Source: Lama guanicoe
Lineage: Eukaryota
Reading direction: 5' to 3'
Length of the DNA stretch: 64,000 nucleotides
Assembly (NCBI GenBank): GCA_013239625.1
Contig: MU056816.1
Span: forward strand, 2,362,773 to 2,426,772
The first letter of the stretch is position 1; each line of letters opens with the position of its first letter. Shown one piece after another: positions 51,601 to 64,000 of this stretch. The notes below the pieces were generated by a model. The model saw only the letters and a program-made list of their open reading frames with translations. It was not told where the DNA came from and ran no database searches. The position numbers and the translations under genes are program-made.

Positions 51601-53453
51601 GCTCAGTCTGACCCTAAACACGTAAAGTGATCTGGCCAAGGTCAACAACCAACAGGTGTGCGAACCATACCATGGTTTTCCAGCCTGCCTGCAGACTCAG
51701 CGGCTGATATTGGAGCACCTGCTCTAGACCGGCACCGTGCTAGATGCTTGGGGAGGGCTGCTTGGATGACTCAGGTGCACAAGCCATTTTAATGCCAAGG
51801 GTGTCTTGGGAACCCAGAGGAGAGACATCTGGCCCCATCCCCAGGCAGGGACTGGGAGTGGGGAAGGGAAAGAAGGGGGATCAGGAAAAGATTCCTAGAG
51901 GAGGGGCCTGTTGTGGTCAGATGTGTGTTTGTTCACAATCTGGAAAGGCCTGTCCTGAGGCTCTCTTCTAGAGGGCACAGCTTGAACAGGGACAGGGGTG
52001 TGATGAGCCATTAGGGGGCCTGGTGGGGTTGCTACTCTGTCTGAGGCTGGATGTCATCTGGGGGCTCACTGCCTCCCTGTACTCTAAACTCCATTTCAAG
52101 GCACTGCCTTCCCCCAACTCATCCCCATCTCTGGCTATAGCTGGGGAGAGGAATCTCCCAAACAGCCAACAGCTCCAGGCTGGAGTGCGCCCGCAGCCCA
52201 GGCTGAGAGAAGGCGCTGGCTGCAGCTTCCTCCCTGGGCCTGACCCCTGTGCTCTCTTCACCCTAGCTCTGAGCTGCCCAGCCTGCCCAGCCCCCGTCAG
52301 CCGGGGTGCTCTGGAGAACCAGGACGATGCAGAAACAGGTAGGTGAGTAGTAAATGCTGAGTTAGTAGAACCAGGCCTGGTGGGGGCTATGCCTCCCTGC
52401 ACCCTCGGTCCTCGCCCCTAGGCCAGACCACCTTCCCAGGCACCCTCGGGGTGGGCAGCCTGGGGTAGGGTGAACTAGGTCCCCCAGTACTCACCCCTCC
52501 ATGGACGGGTGTCTCTGCTATTTCTCAGCGCCCCATTAGCAACATTCCTGGGCTTGGGGCAAGGCCTAATTAGTCCAGAAGCCTAAGTAATGCAAAAGGC
52601 ACTAGAGTGGGGCTCCCCTCCCTGCCAGTGACAAGCAGCAAGATTTAGAGTCAGCAATTTTCCTACACTGGACCTTGTGCCTCTGGCTACAAAAGGAGAA
52701 AAGATGTCCAAAGTGCCCCCAGCCCTGGAGGCTGAGGACCATACTCAACCGCTTCCTCTGGAAGTCCTTCTAAGCATCTAACCTGCAGCCCTCTAGCTTG
52801 CTGCAAAATCCAGGAGCAACAGTTTCCCCCAGGCTGAGAACCCAAGTGCTAGAACCAAAACCCCACACGCCCTGGGCTCCACTCAGCCAGTCCCTCCCAG
52901 GAAGCCCCATCCAGGTGGACAGTTTGATGGAGGTGCTGGGGACAGTGTGCTAATGGCTGTTGAAGCTCCACAGTGTTGGTGTGAGTTAATTACCCTGGAG
53001 GCCAGAGTCAGATGAGTACTTCATAAAGCTAGAGCCCCCGGTGATGTATTCCTTCATCCTCCATTGCTGTAAGAGAGAGCTGTGGGATGGCTCAGAAGAC
53101 GGGCATCCAGATTGGGGGGAATGCACCAGTGCTGCCTCTCACTGCATACTCAGCCCTGACCTGGGCCCCAGGGGGACTTGGCCACTTATTGGGGGACCCT
53201 GGGCCCCTCCCTCTCTCTCTCACAACACTTCTGGATTAGGTGGCTTACTCTGACATGCTCTATGCCATGTAACCCCAGGTGTGGGACAGGGATCAAGACC
53301 TCCGCCAGCCACAGAGGGCACTGGCCTGGGAGAGAGAGTAACCACAGGCTCAATAAACTCCCAATCCGACCACAAGCAGGCAACTGCAGAGCACTGGTCA
53401 CTGTGGGCTGGAGAGGCAGGCATGGGCACCACGGTGTGACATTTGCCTGACTG

Positions 53454-53503
<50 letters not shown>

Positions 53504-53504
53504 A
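53454..53504 (+). repeat. Compound (TC)n(AC)n microsatellite
   Basis: About 13 TC units followed directly by about 12 AC units. Confidence 0.95.
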
Positions 53505-54499
53505 GCAGATGCTCTAGGGATCCTCCCCAGCACTTGTCCATGGCAGTTCCAGGGCCCCCTTGAGGGCTTGGTGGGAGCAGAAGGAAGGGATGACTGGCCT
53601 TGTTCTGAAAGCCAGTGTCACTCCCACAACTTGGGCTTCCTCCACTGCCTCATGAGCTCTCAGAACCCCCTGTTTATCCACCTGAACGGCTCCCGCCCTG
53701 CAGCTTTCTAATAGGAAGCAGGTGGGCTGTGAGAGTGAGGGCAGGCTACTCCATACCTGCCTGGGCCCTGTGCCCACTTGAGCCGTTCCAGTGCGTTCTG
53801 ACCTGCCTAGAGAGCTGGGGCAGGAGTCACTCCCAGGAATGCCCGGAGCCCACTCCCAGCCCAGATGCCCTGAAGCAGATCTGCCTCTCTGGGGATGGTC
53901 CCTCTGGCCATCTTGATCCAGGCTCAGCCAAGGGGGTGGTCTGAAGCCCAGGCCTGTCCTGCTCCTCCAGCCCTAGCCCAAGAGGATACTTCCTCCTGCA
54001 GCATAAAGCAATGCCTCACTCCAGCCTGGACACAGCACCCTGGGGCTGCCCTGGACAGATGGGGGTGGGGGCCAGGAAGAACATGTGAGCACAGGGTACA
54101 GCACAGAGCTGGGAGGCCAGGGATGGAGGGAGGGGAGGTGTCCCGGGGAGGGTCTCCCACTCCTCCCTCCCCTCCCACCCTGGCTACTGTCACTTCCATT
54201 TTCCCAGCCTCCCTAGACTCTACTAGCAACCTTCATTTACAGGAAACTGAGGTCCCAAGGGGAGAACACTTGTCGGAGGTGGGGGTAGGCAGGCATCTAC
54301 CCTCAAGCCTTCTGCCTGAGGCCTCGTCCCATCTCTACCTCTGTCCTTCCCTTGGGCCAGTCTCTGCCCTTCTCAGGACCTGTTTCCTTATCTGTAAACT
54401 GGGTGCTTTGCACATAGTGATCTCTGGGGTCCTTTCCTGATTCCCCCCCTCTAGGTGAGCTGCATTCTCCCAGCCCCTGGCCTGATTCCCTTTGGCCTC

Positions 54500-54655
54500 T
54501 AGCCAGCTGTGCTGCCTCTGGCAGGATTTCAGCCTCTCTGAGCTCATTGACTCCTTTGTACACTGGGGTCATATTCCCTTGCCCTGCTGACCTCTGAGCC
54601 TGTTGTGAGGGTTAAATGTTATCAAGGATGGCAAAGCGCTTTGAAACGTGTGATA
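54500..54655 (+). mobile_element. MIR SINE
   Basis: agctgtgctgcctctggcaggatttcagcctctctgagctca...tgttgtgagggttaaatg...aaagcgctttg. Confidence 0.75.
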
Positions 54656-55179
54656 GAAGGATTGCATAATTCTGGGGTCTCTGTGTGAGAGCCCAGCTCT
54701 GTTTTGTTTGGCTGGCCTGCTGTAGTCTCATATTTGAATGCCATTAGGCAGAATACTCACTGTCCAGTAGGCCCTCGGCCTCCCCACCTCCTACTTTCTT
54801 AGAGTGGACAGCCATATCATACGGCTACCTTTGTGTCTGGCCCTGAGTTTGATGGTGTCAGAGTCCTCACTCCCATCCAAGAGCCTCTGGGGTCCCGTGG
54901 GTACCCCCTGACAGAGATCACAGGGCTGGAGCACACAGGTCATAGAGGGCCCAGCAGGCCACCTCTGCATCCTGCCACCTCCCCACACCCTCCAATGCCC
55001 AGGCCCCCAGCCTCCCAGGCCCAAGGGTAGGAAGGGGCCCACAGGTGCTGCCTTTAGCCACTGCTGATGACAAATTGCTCCCATGGGTTCTGAAATGACC
55101 ACGTAGTTTTCCCTTTTTCCAGTGAGGAATTTGCCAAGTCTCCCCCAGCCTGAGCCCCCCTCCCCAATCTACACCTTGC

Positions 55180-55311
55180 NNNNNNNNNNNNNNNNNNNNN
55201 NNNNNNNNNNNNNNNNNNNNNNNNNNNNNNNNNNNNNNNNNNNNNNNNNNNNNNNNNNNNNNNNNNNNNNNNNNNNNNNNNNNNNNNNNNNNNNNNNNNN
55301 NNNNNNNNNNN
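55180..55311. other. Assembly gap (132 N)
   Basis: Run of N. Confidence 1.
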
Positions 55312-55930
55312 GAAATTTCCAGCGGCCCCAGACAGTAGGCAGTGGCTCAGGCCCAGACAGGGGAAATGGCATTTAGGATGGAGAGGCAGGAGTGTTAGCC
55401 AGCTCTGAAGGAGGTGGTGGGCCAAGGACATTCTGCTTCTAGAGGGTTCTGTCAGGACTGCTGGCAAGTCCCCTTGGCTCTCTGTGTCCAATGCAGACAC
55501 TACCTTAACCCCTCACATGTCCAGAGCCCTCTACAGTCCACAAAAAGCTTTTCCACCTGTTGTCTCATCTGATTTCAAAATGAGCCCAGGGAGGCTGGCA
55601 TGGGGAATGAGGAGAGTTAGGCCCAATGCAGGGGGGGCAGGGCAGTCCTGTCTTGTGGCAGCCCAAGAGCGACAACTATGACAGGAAGCAGGGACCAGAC
55701 AGCAGCTTGGGTTGAGGCACGGTGGCAAAAGAGGACCAGGTGAGGCTATGTTTGGATTCTGGGTCAGGGTTCAAGGGCAGCAGAGGGAAGGAATGTAGGA
55801 GAAATTGATAGTGAGCCAACTCTGTGCTAAACCCAGAGCCAAGCTGCAGAGACAAACCCCCCAAATCCCAGAAGAACTTAGGAGGAAGGTAGGTCTTTGA
55901 ACCCCATTTTACAGATGAATAAACTGAAGT

Positions 55931-56321
55931 TACAGCCATAAAAAATGATAAAATAATGCCATTTGCAGCAACATGAATGGCCCTGGAGAATGTCATTCTA
56001 AATGAAGTAAGCCAGAAAGAGAAAGACAAATATCATATGAGATCACTTATATGTGGAATCTAAAAAAAAACAGAAGACAGATGAACTTATTTACAAAACA
56101 GAAACAGACTCACAGTCATAGAAAACAAACTTATGGTTACCAGGAGGGAGGGGATAGAAAGGGATAAACTTGGAGTTCGAGATTTGCAGATACTGACTAA
56201 TATATATAAAATAGATAAACAAGTTTATACTGTATAGCACAGGGAACTATATTCAATATCTTGTAGCATATGGTGAAAAAGAATATGAAAATGAATATAT
56301 GTATATTCTTGTATGGCTGAA
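55931..56321 (+). mobile_element. Younger L1 fragment (ORF2 C-terminus plus 3' UTR), camelid-like
   Basis: Translates AIKNDKIMPFAAT*MALENVILNEVSQKEKDKYHMRSLICGI* (premature TGA at 55974, TAA at 56061); 3' UTR gagttcgagatttgcagatact...aagtttatactgtatagcacagggaactatattcaatatcttgtag. Confidence 0.9.
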
Positions 56322-57689
56322 TAGTATAGCCTAGTACCTTCTAGGCAAGGGCTAGCCAACTGGACCATCAGGCTCTGTCTTGGAGGGAGAGAATTCCACA
56401 TGGAGAGGGGCTCAAGCCAGATGCTCAAAGACCAGACAGGAGCCAGCAGAGTGCTGAGCACAGAGGCTGCAAGGAGTCCCTGGGGGGTTCCATGCCCCCC
56501 CACCCCACACACCATGCCTGAGCTGTTGGCAGCAGGCCTCGGGGCTCCAGGCACCCAGCCATTATTGGCTCCAAGGCTGAGGGGCAGGGCCATGGCCTGG
56601 GCTCATCTCCATCCAGGAAGGGACCCCCAGGGAGGTGTCTGTACCCCAAAGCTTCTTTGTTTTGGTGAGGGGTCACCCGGAGCTACCCTCTCTTCTTTCC
56701 CTGGAGAGTGAAGGCTGGACGGGGAGGCCCTCACTGCTGACACCAGAGCCTGTAAGGCACCTAATAGTAGTAGCCTCACTGAGGCTTAGAGAGATTAACT
56801 CGCCCAAGGTTAATTGGTCAGGGGTGGAGCTCTGAGATGGCCACACCAGACATGGATGTGGAAAAGGTATCACAGTGTCACACAGAGGGGAGGACTTTAT
56901 CGAGAGACTCCAGTGTTGTCCCCACAGAAGGCTGACCCTAGTACCACAGGGACCCAGCAGCTTGCCTCTCCTCCCCAGCTTGGCTGGTCAGTCCAGGCTC
57001 ATCCTAACCAAAACATGCCCCTCCCCCATCAACCCCTTCCCAGAGTGTAACTTCCACCAAGTTCACAAACAGACCAGCATCCTCTAGTGTCTGCTCAGGG
57101 CACAGCCCAGGCTCCCCAGGTTTGGAGCCCCCCACCCTCTGGGAAAAAGGGGGAGAGACCCTAAACAGTGGTGAGGAGGGCAGAGTGTGTTCCCAATCTC
57201 ACCCGCCCACCCTGCAGGCCTCAGCTGGCCTCTTACCAACCTCTCCTCTGAGCTGTGAACCTTCGTCCCAATCACCCTCTCGCCTCCCCCATCAGATCCT
57301 TCCCAGTCTGTGCCTCCATTTCTCCCAGTGACTCAGAAGGTCAGGGCCAGAAGGGGCTCAGGGACCCAAGACCATCACAGATGTGAAGACTGAGGTGACA
57401 GGGGCAAATGATGTTCAGGTCTGCCTCCCCGGCACACCCCCTTGTGAATGGACACCCCATTGGCTGATGGAGCCAGTGTCTGCTTTACAGACCTGCTGTC
57501 CTGCTGTTGCTGAAGCCACTGCTGCATCTGGACTGGCCTCACTCAGACCAGACCCAGCTCTGGCCCCGCCCCCAGCCACCTCCCTGTCCCCTAGCCACAG
57601 GCCAGGAGGGCTTCATGGGTTTAGGGAAGCCTGCTTCTGCCTCTGAGGCCCCACAGAGTAGAGTTAGGAATGGATTCACGGAGCAGCAC

Positions 57690-57890
57690 TATTTCAAGCA
57701 GAGGGAGCACAAGTCAAAGATTTGGCAACGGAAGCCTGCAGCACGTTCCAGGGACACCGCGAGGCCACTTGGTGGGAATAGGGAGTGTTTCAGGCCTGGA
57801 GAGCATACTCTTAGAGCTGCCACTCTGAGTGACAATATCAAAGCACTGCAAGCAGATGGAAGCAATTCAGGAAGCTTATTCCCACATTAG
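57690..57890 (+). mobile_element. Probable L3/CR1 3' ORF2 fragment
   Basis: tagggagtgtttcaggcctggagagcatactcttagag resembles L3 ctggggatgtttagcctggagaagagaagactcaggg, with weakly colinear flanks. Confidence 0.4.
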
Positions 57891-59224
57891 CCTGTGCATG
57901 GTCATCCATCCCTGCCAGGAGGGGGGCAGGTCTAAAGCTTTGTGCAGAAAGGCGGATTGGGGGATAGGGGTAGGCGTGATGCACCCCAGACCTTGGACTC
58001 AAAGCCAGAACAAAAGGCCATGGCTCTGTCAGTGGAGGCCCAGGATCACCTGCCCCCAAGAGTGGCTTTAAGAGGCTGACAGGCTCTGACACAGCTCAGC
58101 GGGCCTCCGAGTAAGGTGTGTACTTGTCATTAGCTGCCATGTGCTGGGGAGGGAGGAATGGGTGCCCAGCCCAGCTTGGGGGTCCATGGTACTGTGGCTG
58201 GAAGCTGCTCCAGTGGAAGGGCCAGAATGGTGGGAGTCCCCCCGTCAAGCGCTAGGGGTCAGAGCCAGACCCTCTGAGTTGGATGCCACAATGGTCCCAT
58301 TTAACAGCTCCCACTGCAGCAGGAAGGGTCTCTAGAGGCCTTTGGAGGGGCCAGGGGAGCAGGGAGTTGGTGGCGGTGGTTGAGGAGGCTATCCTCCCTG
58401 CTGCTCCTTGCAAGACTCTGATGCAGCTCTGGTTCCCTCTCCCCAGTCCCAGGGCTTGGGAGGGGAGGAGAAGCAGAGTCTGCAGCCTGAAGCTCCAGAG
58501 GACAAACCTGTGTCATTTGGGGGTACAGCCGAAGGGGGCTGATCTCATGGAGGAAGCAGGAGAAACTCAATGCCCGACACAAATATAAGCCTCACATATT
58601 TTCGGGCTTATGGTCGCTTATAGCTTACAGAGGTAATTTTGCCTCTGTTTTCTCCTTTGCTTGTCATAATTGAAGAAGACAGTATGCAGAGAACACGAGC
58701 AGCGAGCCTGATGGAGGAACAGCTCACAGCATGGTGGCCAGTGCTATTCTATGAGAGCTGCAAGGACACAGGACAGAGTGACGACTCCCCGACCCCCACC
58801 ACTCACAGACAAGGAGGCTGAGCCTGAAAGAGGCAGAGTGACCAGGTCAGAGCCCCCAGTGGGTCAGGGCCAAGTTCACACTCCCCATTCCCGCTTCTGT
58901 CCCTCTCCGTGCTGCCACAGTTCCACCTGGGCCTTTGATACAGTCCCGATGCAGACCCCAACCCCAACCCCAACCCCAGCCCTGACCCAAGCAGCATTCA
59001 GAACACAAATCCCAACCCTGGTCTGAGATTTTGTTCCTAACCAGGAATGGACAGGAATCCTGGTTCTACTCCAATCTGAGATCAGATTTCAGTCCCTAAA
59101 GTCCCTAACCCCAGTCATCTACAACCCTCACCAGTCCTAGCTTTCACCCCACGTGTGTGAATGTCGCCCTCATGCCTCATGGCAAAGCCCTGCCTAGGAC
59201 AGAGCCTGGTCTATCTTCACCCCT

Positions 59225-59330
59225 ACCCTGGTGAGGATGGCACAAGTTTCAGAGAAGTTGGGTGACTTGTCTAAGGTCACACCAAGTGAACAGCAGAGTT
59301 GAGCCCAGAGCCAGGTCCCTTAGGCTCTGG
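59225..59330 (-). mobile_element. MIR SINE
   Basis: cagagaagttgggtgacttgtctaaggtcacaccaagtgaacagcagagttgagcccag. Confidence 0.8.
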
Positions 59331-61439
59331 CATTTCTTGGTGTGGGTGGGTAGCAAGAGGCCTGGAAGGTGCCAGGGGATGATGGGCACCTTAGGCCAGT
59401 GATATTGATGACCCTCCATGAGAACATCCCTAGTGATACCCAGTCTCATGGGAGCCCTTCATTGTCTGTAAGTCGACAGCCCAATGATTGTTAATGTCCA
59501 TTTTACTGGTGAGGAGACTGAGGCCCAAAATAAAGCCCAGTCACCCATCAGGCCAGTGGCAAAGTAAGGCAAGAGCCCAGGCCCCCTGACAGCCCATCTA
59601 GTGCTCTCCCTCTGCCTGACACTGCCTCCTTCTCACTCTGTAGGGGCTGGGCAGCTGAGTTGGTACGAGGAAGAAGTAAAGCAGGAAACTGCACAAGATC
59701 ACAGATGGTACACCAGTTTCAGGTCCTCATATCTGGAGAAGTCCTGGAAACGTTTCCTGGGCCCAGAATGGCCAGCACAAACTCACAGGTACCTTTAGCC
59801 AGGAGTCCCCAGTGGCTCTGGAGCATCCAGCCTTGGAGACCCCACGTGCCAACAATAAGACATTGATCAAATGAGCTAACCGCCTGCCCACCTGTACAGT
59901 CGGACCTTACAGGCACCCCAAAATGCTGTGTGTTAGGACTGGATGAGGTTCCGGTTCAGAGCCTGGCTTGTTGTGGGAGCTTCCTAGCCTTAGTTCCCCC
60001 CTCTGTCTGCTTTGGGGAATCACCTCTGGGCAGCGCTTCTCTCCTCTGCCTGCTGCTGTAGCCAGCAAACCCCTTGGGCCACCCACTCACTTCTGGCTCA
60101 TTCACACAAACAGTAGTGGGTGTGAAGATTGATACCCTGTGTCCTCAGAGATGACCTGGAAGGCCAGAAGAAAGTGTTCAGCCTGCCCACCTCTGGAACA
60201 TTCTGGTGGACCACTCAGATGTGGCTGGCAGGGCCCCAGTGCCTGTGTGGAAACACCCAAAGCTTGGGTTAACCCTGAAGGCTGAAGGACGAGGAGTGAC
60301 CCTTGGTCCCAGGAAGTGGCAGAGGGGCCTCTAGAGTGGAGAGCCAGGCTGGGAGCCCGCAGTGCTCGGGGCCCAGACGGAGGAGCATTCAGCACTCCCC
60401 AGGCAGGCAGAGGGTGATCCCACCAGGAGAAGACAAATGGCCAGATGGCAGAGAGAAGGCACCGGCTGCTGCCTCCAATGGGAAAATTAATTAAGCCTTC
60501 AATTAGCGCAGGCCTGCCCCTGTCGGCTCCAAGGGGTGTCCAGGGCCCTCGCTGCCCTGCCCAAGCCAGGAGTTAATAACTCAGCCGCTAAGTGAACTCA
60601 GCAGAGACAGCCAGAACCACCCACCCTCTCATGTGCCCGCCCGCCTTCCTGCCTGCCTGCCAGAGCTCCAGGCAGGAGGGAGGGTTGAGCAGATGCCTCC
60701 TTGGATCCCCTTATCCACTAAGAGTCAAGTCATATCATAGATGAGCTGGAGGTGGGACGGCATGGTGGGCCCTCTTACCCCTGGGGACCTGTGTGTTCTC
60801 GTACTATTCCCAGAAAGGAAGGAACCAGAACCCTGGCATGTCAGGGCAGGGAGGCCCCAGGAGGTTTCATTTCAACTTTTACTGTGCCTGACACGGTGCG
60901 GGGTGCTTGGGAACAAGGATGAGTGAGCCCAGCCCTGCCCTCCAGGAGCTTCTGGTCAGTGAAGGGGCAGGGCTAGGGAAGAAATTGATATGAAAGTGAC
61001 CCTGGTTAGACCATCCACAGCCAGTGCTGTCAGCAGCAGCAGCCTCCAAGAAGTATTTGGGGAGGCGTCTCAGATTAAGACTAGAAGAGAGCTGCTTGGA
61101 GGTGGCCAGGTGAACGGAGAGGTTGGGGTCACAAGGTCGCACCCTTTGTTTTATGGGTGAATAACTTAAGGCCCAGAGAGTCACTTAATCAGTACATTTA
61201 ATAGAGCCCTCCTGGTACCCAAGCCTCAACCTGAGAAAGGCTGGCAATGATAAATCATGTCTGAGTCTTTTCTGAGAGCACTCCAGAGAGCACGGCTCCC
61301 TCGGGTGCACAGACTCTTCCTGCCCCTTCCACCTCACCATCTCCTGCTCACACCCTGAAACATTCCCCCTAGACCTCGGGTCAATGGAGCTGGCCACCAA
61401 GAATGGCCAAGCTCCACTCCAACCCTCCCAGCACTGGCC

Positions 61440-62655
61440 AGGGCCAGGCTTACAGTCTGCCCCAGGATCATCCAGAGAGCTAGTTGAAATGCAGACTCCC
61501 AGGTCCCTCCTGAGACTCGACGAATCAAAATCTCTGGAAACAGGTCATAGGAATCTACACTTTAACATAAGCCCCCCAGGGTTTTTTTTTTAAATAAATG
61601 TTATTTAATGGATACATAAATACAGGAAAGCATACAAGCCATAAATGAACTACTCAATGCATTCTCACGACTTGCACATCTGTTTAATCTACACCAGATC
61701 AGGAAATAGAACATTAATAGCCCCCTCCTGCCCCTTTCCCACCAACCTCTCCAGAGGGTGCCACTCCCCTGACTTCTAATGGCTTAGACAAGTCTTGCCT
61801 GCTTTTGGACTTCATGTGTATGGAATTCTCCAGGCACCAGGGTCTGGCTGTTCCTGCTTGACATTGCGAGATTCGTTCATGTCGTTCTGGGCAGTGGTGG
61901 TTTATTAGCTCTCACTGCTAAGTAGCATTCCAGCCTATGATTGTACCATAATTTGTCAGCATTCTGTTGCTGGTGAGCATCGTGTTGTATCCAGCTTTAA
62001 GATAGCAAAAAAGGATTGCTATGAAAATTCTATTACACGTATCTCTGTGGACATCTGTATGTATTTCTGAAGGGTACGTATCTACAAGTGGAATGTTTCA
62101 TCACGGGTTTGCTTGTGTGCAGGTTCAACAGATACCATGAGTGATTTTCTAAAGTAGCTGTACAAATTTAGACTTCTACCAGCCGTGTCTGAGAGTTCTG
62201 GTTGATCCACATCCTCCCCAACAGTTGGTACATGTCTCTTTTCATTTGAGCCATTCTGGTGGGTGTGTAGTGGGATCGTTTTATGCTTCAGCTTGCATTT
62301 CCCTCAAGACTAATGATGTTGAGCAGATTTTCTTATGTTTATTGACCATTTGGCCATCCTCTTTGGGGAAGTATCTGTTCAGATCTTTTGCCAGTTTTTT
62401 AATCAGATTGCCTGTCTTTTCCTTATCGATTTATAGTTCTGTATATGGTCAGGATTCCAGTCTTTTGTTGGATATTCATATTGTAAATATCTTCTTTATC
62501 TTGGTGTCTTATCTTTTTACTCTTAATGATATTTTTTGATGAACAGAGTTTTTCATTTGAATGTAGTCTGAATTATCCTTTGGCTTTTTTTTTTTCCAGT
62601 AATATTTCTTGTGTCCTATGTCCAGGTGATTTTATGCGCAGGGAAGTTTGAGGGG
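61440..62655. mobile_element. MER5A hAT MITE split in two (61440-61581 and 62621-62655) by an L1 insertion
   Basis: gaaatgcagactcccaggtccc...gaatcaaaatctctgg...aggaatctacactttaacataagccccccagg resumes as ccaggtgattttatgcgcagggaagtttgag. Confidence 0.8.
61582..62620 (-). mobile_element. Old L1 (L1MC/MD/ME-type) 3' fragment
   Basis: Starts with a T10 tract (polyA on minus strand); ccagatcaggaaatagaacatt...ttgcatttccctcaagactaatgatgttgagcag...gaagtatctgttcagatcttttgcc. Confidence 0.9.
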
Positions 62656-62829
62656 TATGAGTGGAGCTCTTCCCGATGGATGACAGTTCTTGTTATTGCT
62701 ATACTCCACTTCCTTCTCAGCTGGAGACACAGAATTTGCTTGATCATACCAGCTTCACTTACTGAGTACTGATCCCACTTTCAGGCACTTTTCATGTTGT
62801 AGGACATCCTTGTGGGCATCTACTCAGCC

Positions 62830-63330
62830 TGTGTCCCGGTACCATGTGTGCTAAGAACCACTCCTGAGGCAGAAAAGCCATGGTGTGTGGCACCAGGGTG
62901 ACCCCCACATCCTGGCCACAGATGATGGAACAGAATCAGGCTGAGCCAATCAGGCTCTCTCTCAGTGAGGTGGGGGAGGTGTTGGAATTTGCCTGAGGGG
63001 CCCTGCCCTCAGTCTAGACCACAGCAAGGAAGAGATGATGAGAACTCAGGAGCTGAGGCTGCCATGGGGACTACTAGTGGGCACATCCAGCCCCACACCC
63101 CTGGAAGCCACAAACATGGTCTCCAGAGGAAGCAGATGTGCAGAGAGAAACTGAGATAAAGGGCAGAGTATGGACACTGCCAAGGTCACCACTCACCTGC
63201 TGATACTTGGCCCTCATGCTGCACACCTGCCCTCGGGGTGCCCGAAGACACTCAGCATCTTTCCAATAAATTCTCCTTTTTGTTTAACACAAATCATGTT
63301 CTTTCAACCAATAAAGTCTCTACTAAAATA
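62830..63330 (+). mobile_element. MaLR solo LTR (MLT1K/L-like)
   Basis: cctggccacagatgatgg...ctgagccaatcagg...ccaataaattctcctttttgtttaac...tttcaaccaataaagtc. Confidence 0.7.
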
Positions 63331-63500
63331 TGATTATTACCTTGAATCCTCAGAGCAATGGATTCTTCCCTTATTAGAGATGAAGAAACTGAGATTTAGA
63401 AGATGGTAAATGCTTTTCCCAAACCTGCCTGCCACTAAGAACCAGAGCCAGGACCCCGGCCTCATCTGCACAGCTCAAAACCTGCTCTATTTCTCCACAG
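63330..63500 (-). mobile_element. MIR SINE
   Basis: cccttattagagatgaagaaactgagatttagaagatggtaaatgcttttcccaa. Confidence 0.75.
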
Positions 63501-63529
63501 CACAGAGCCATGCACACTGGGCTTGAGGT

Positions 63530-63801
63530 CAAGGTTTCCCAAAGTGTGTTCTGCAGAAGCCTGGGTGCAGGAAATGAGTCATTAGGGGCAAAAAAGTATT
63601 TTGGTTCCCTGATCTAGCTTTGGGGACCCTGGGCCAAACACAGAATGAGCAGGATACTGTACTGCAGGCCACTTCAGAGCCTTTGCTGAAAGGGAACATA
63701 TTGGAAATCTACAGAATACAGAGTTTCTCTAACTGATTTGACCATGGAATCCCCTTTGGTAAGGACCATTTCATGAGATCAATGTTTTCTGGAAAATGCT
63801 G
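63530..63801. mobile_element. Charlie4-like hAT MITE
   Basis: Ends caaggtttcccaaagtgtgttc and ggaaaatgctg; internal tactgcaggccacttcagagccttt and tttgaccatggaatccc. Confidence 0.7.
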
Positions 63802-64000
63802 CAAGGAATCAAATTTCTCCTCCCTGCCCCAAGGTGGCAGGTTGTGGGCAGATAACTGGACATTTCCATCCCACTGAGCATGTGACCCCGCATTAGAAGC
63901 CTTGAGGGAAGGAATCTGTTTTCTAAATCTGCTTCCTGAGAGTTTGACTAACCTGAAGCAACTCCCCTGGGCTTGGGTTGTAACTGAATTTCAGAATCTT

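Noticed and set aside
55054-55500. ORFs spanning the N run
   Set aside because: Open only because N codons are untranslatable.
55930-56850. Idea that the L1 plus ~450 bp of unique DNA is a 3' transduction splitting one MIR
   Set aside because: No polyA at the distal end, and the MIR at ~56750-56850 has its own upstream portion, so it is a separate copy.
1-64000. Assignment to a named gene locus, or tRNA/rRNA/snRNA/miRNA genes
   Set aside because: I recognised no coding exon or structured RNA gene; BLASTN of the unique segments against human or cattle is needed to place the window.

Overview
This is mammalian, not prokaryotic, genomic DNA. It is GC-rich and CpG-depleted, is dense in old eutherian repeats (MIR, L2, L3/CR1, L1M, MLT1, hAT MITEs) and contains one 132-nt N gap. 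One younger L1 3' fragment resembles, from my recall, camelid (Camelus/Vicugna) L1, and I see no Alu, B1, PRE-1 or Bov SINEs, so a camelid source is likely but unconfirmed. I cannot support any protein-coding gene: the supplied ORFs read as chance ORFs or repeat translations, so the window is probably intergenic or deep intronic. The best-supported unusual observation is a fragmented but apparently near-full-length ancient CR1/L3 LINE at about 10.25-15.56 kb. Its remnants are colinear, from a tentative ORF1 esterase through the endonuclease start, linker and RT motifs to a CR1_Mam-like 3' end. Other points: an orphan CpG island at ~27 kb, canonical minus-strand splice and polyA signals suggesting an unannotated spliced RNA, strong CTCF and RFX motifs, a perfect 185-bp tandem duplication, and two clear nested transposon insertions. 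Repeat family names come from recalled consensus sequences, not from a search, and repeat boundaries are approximate. I found no evidence of a genuinely new biological system.
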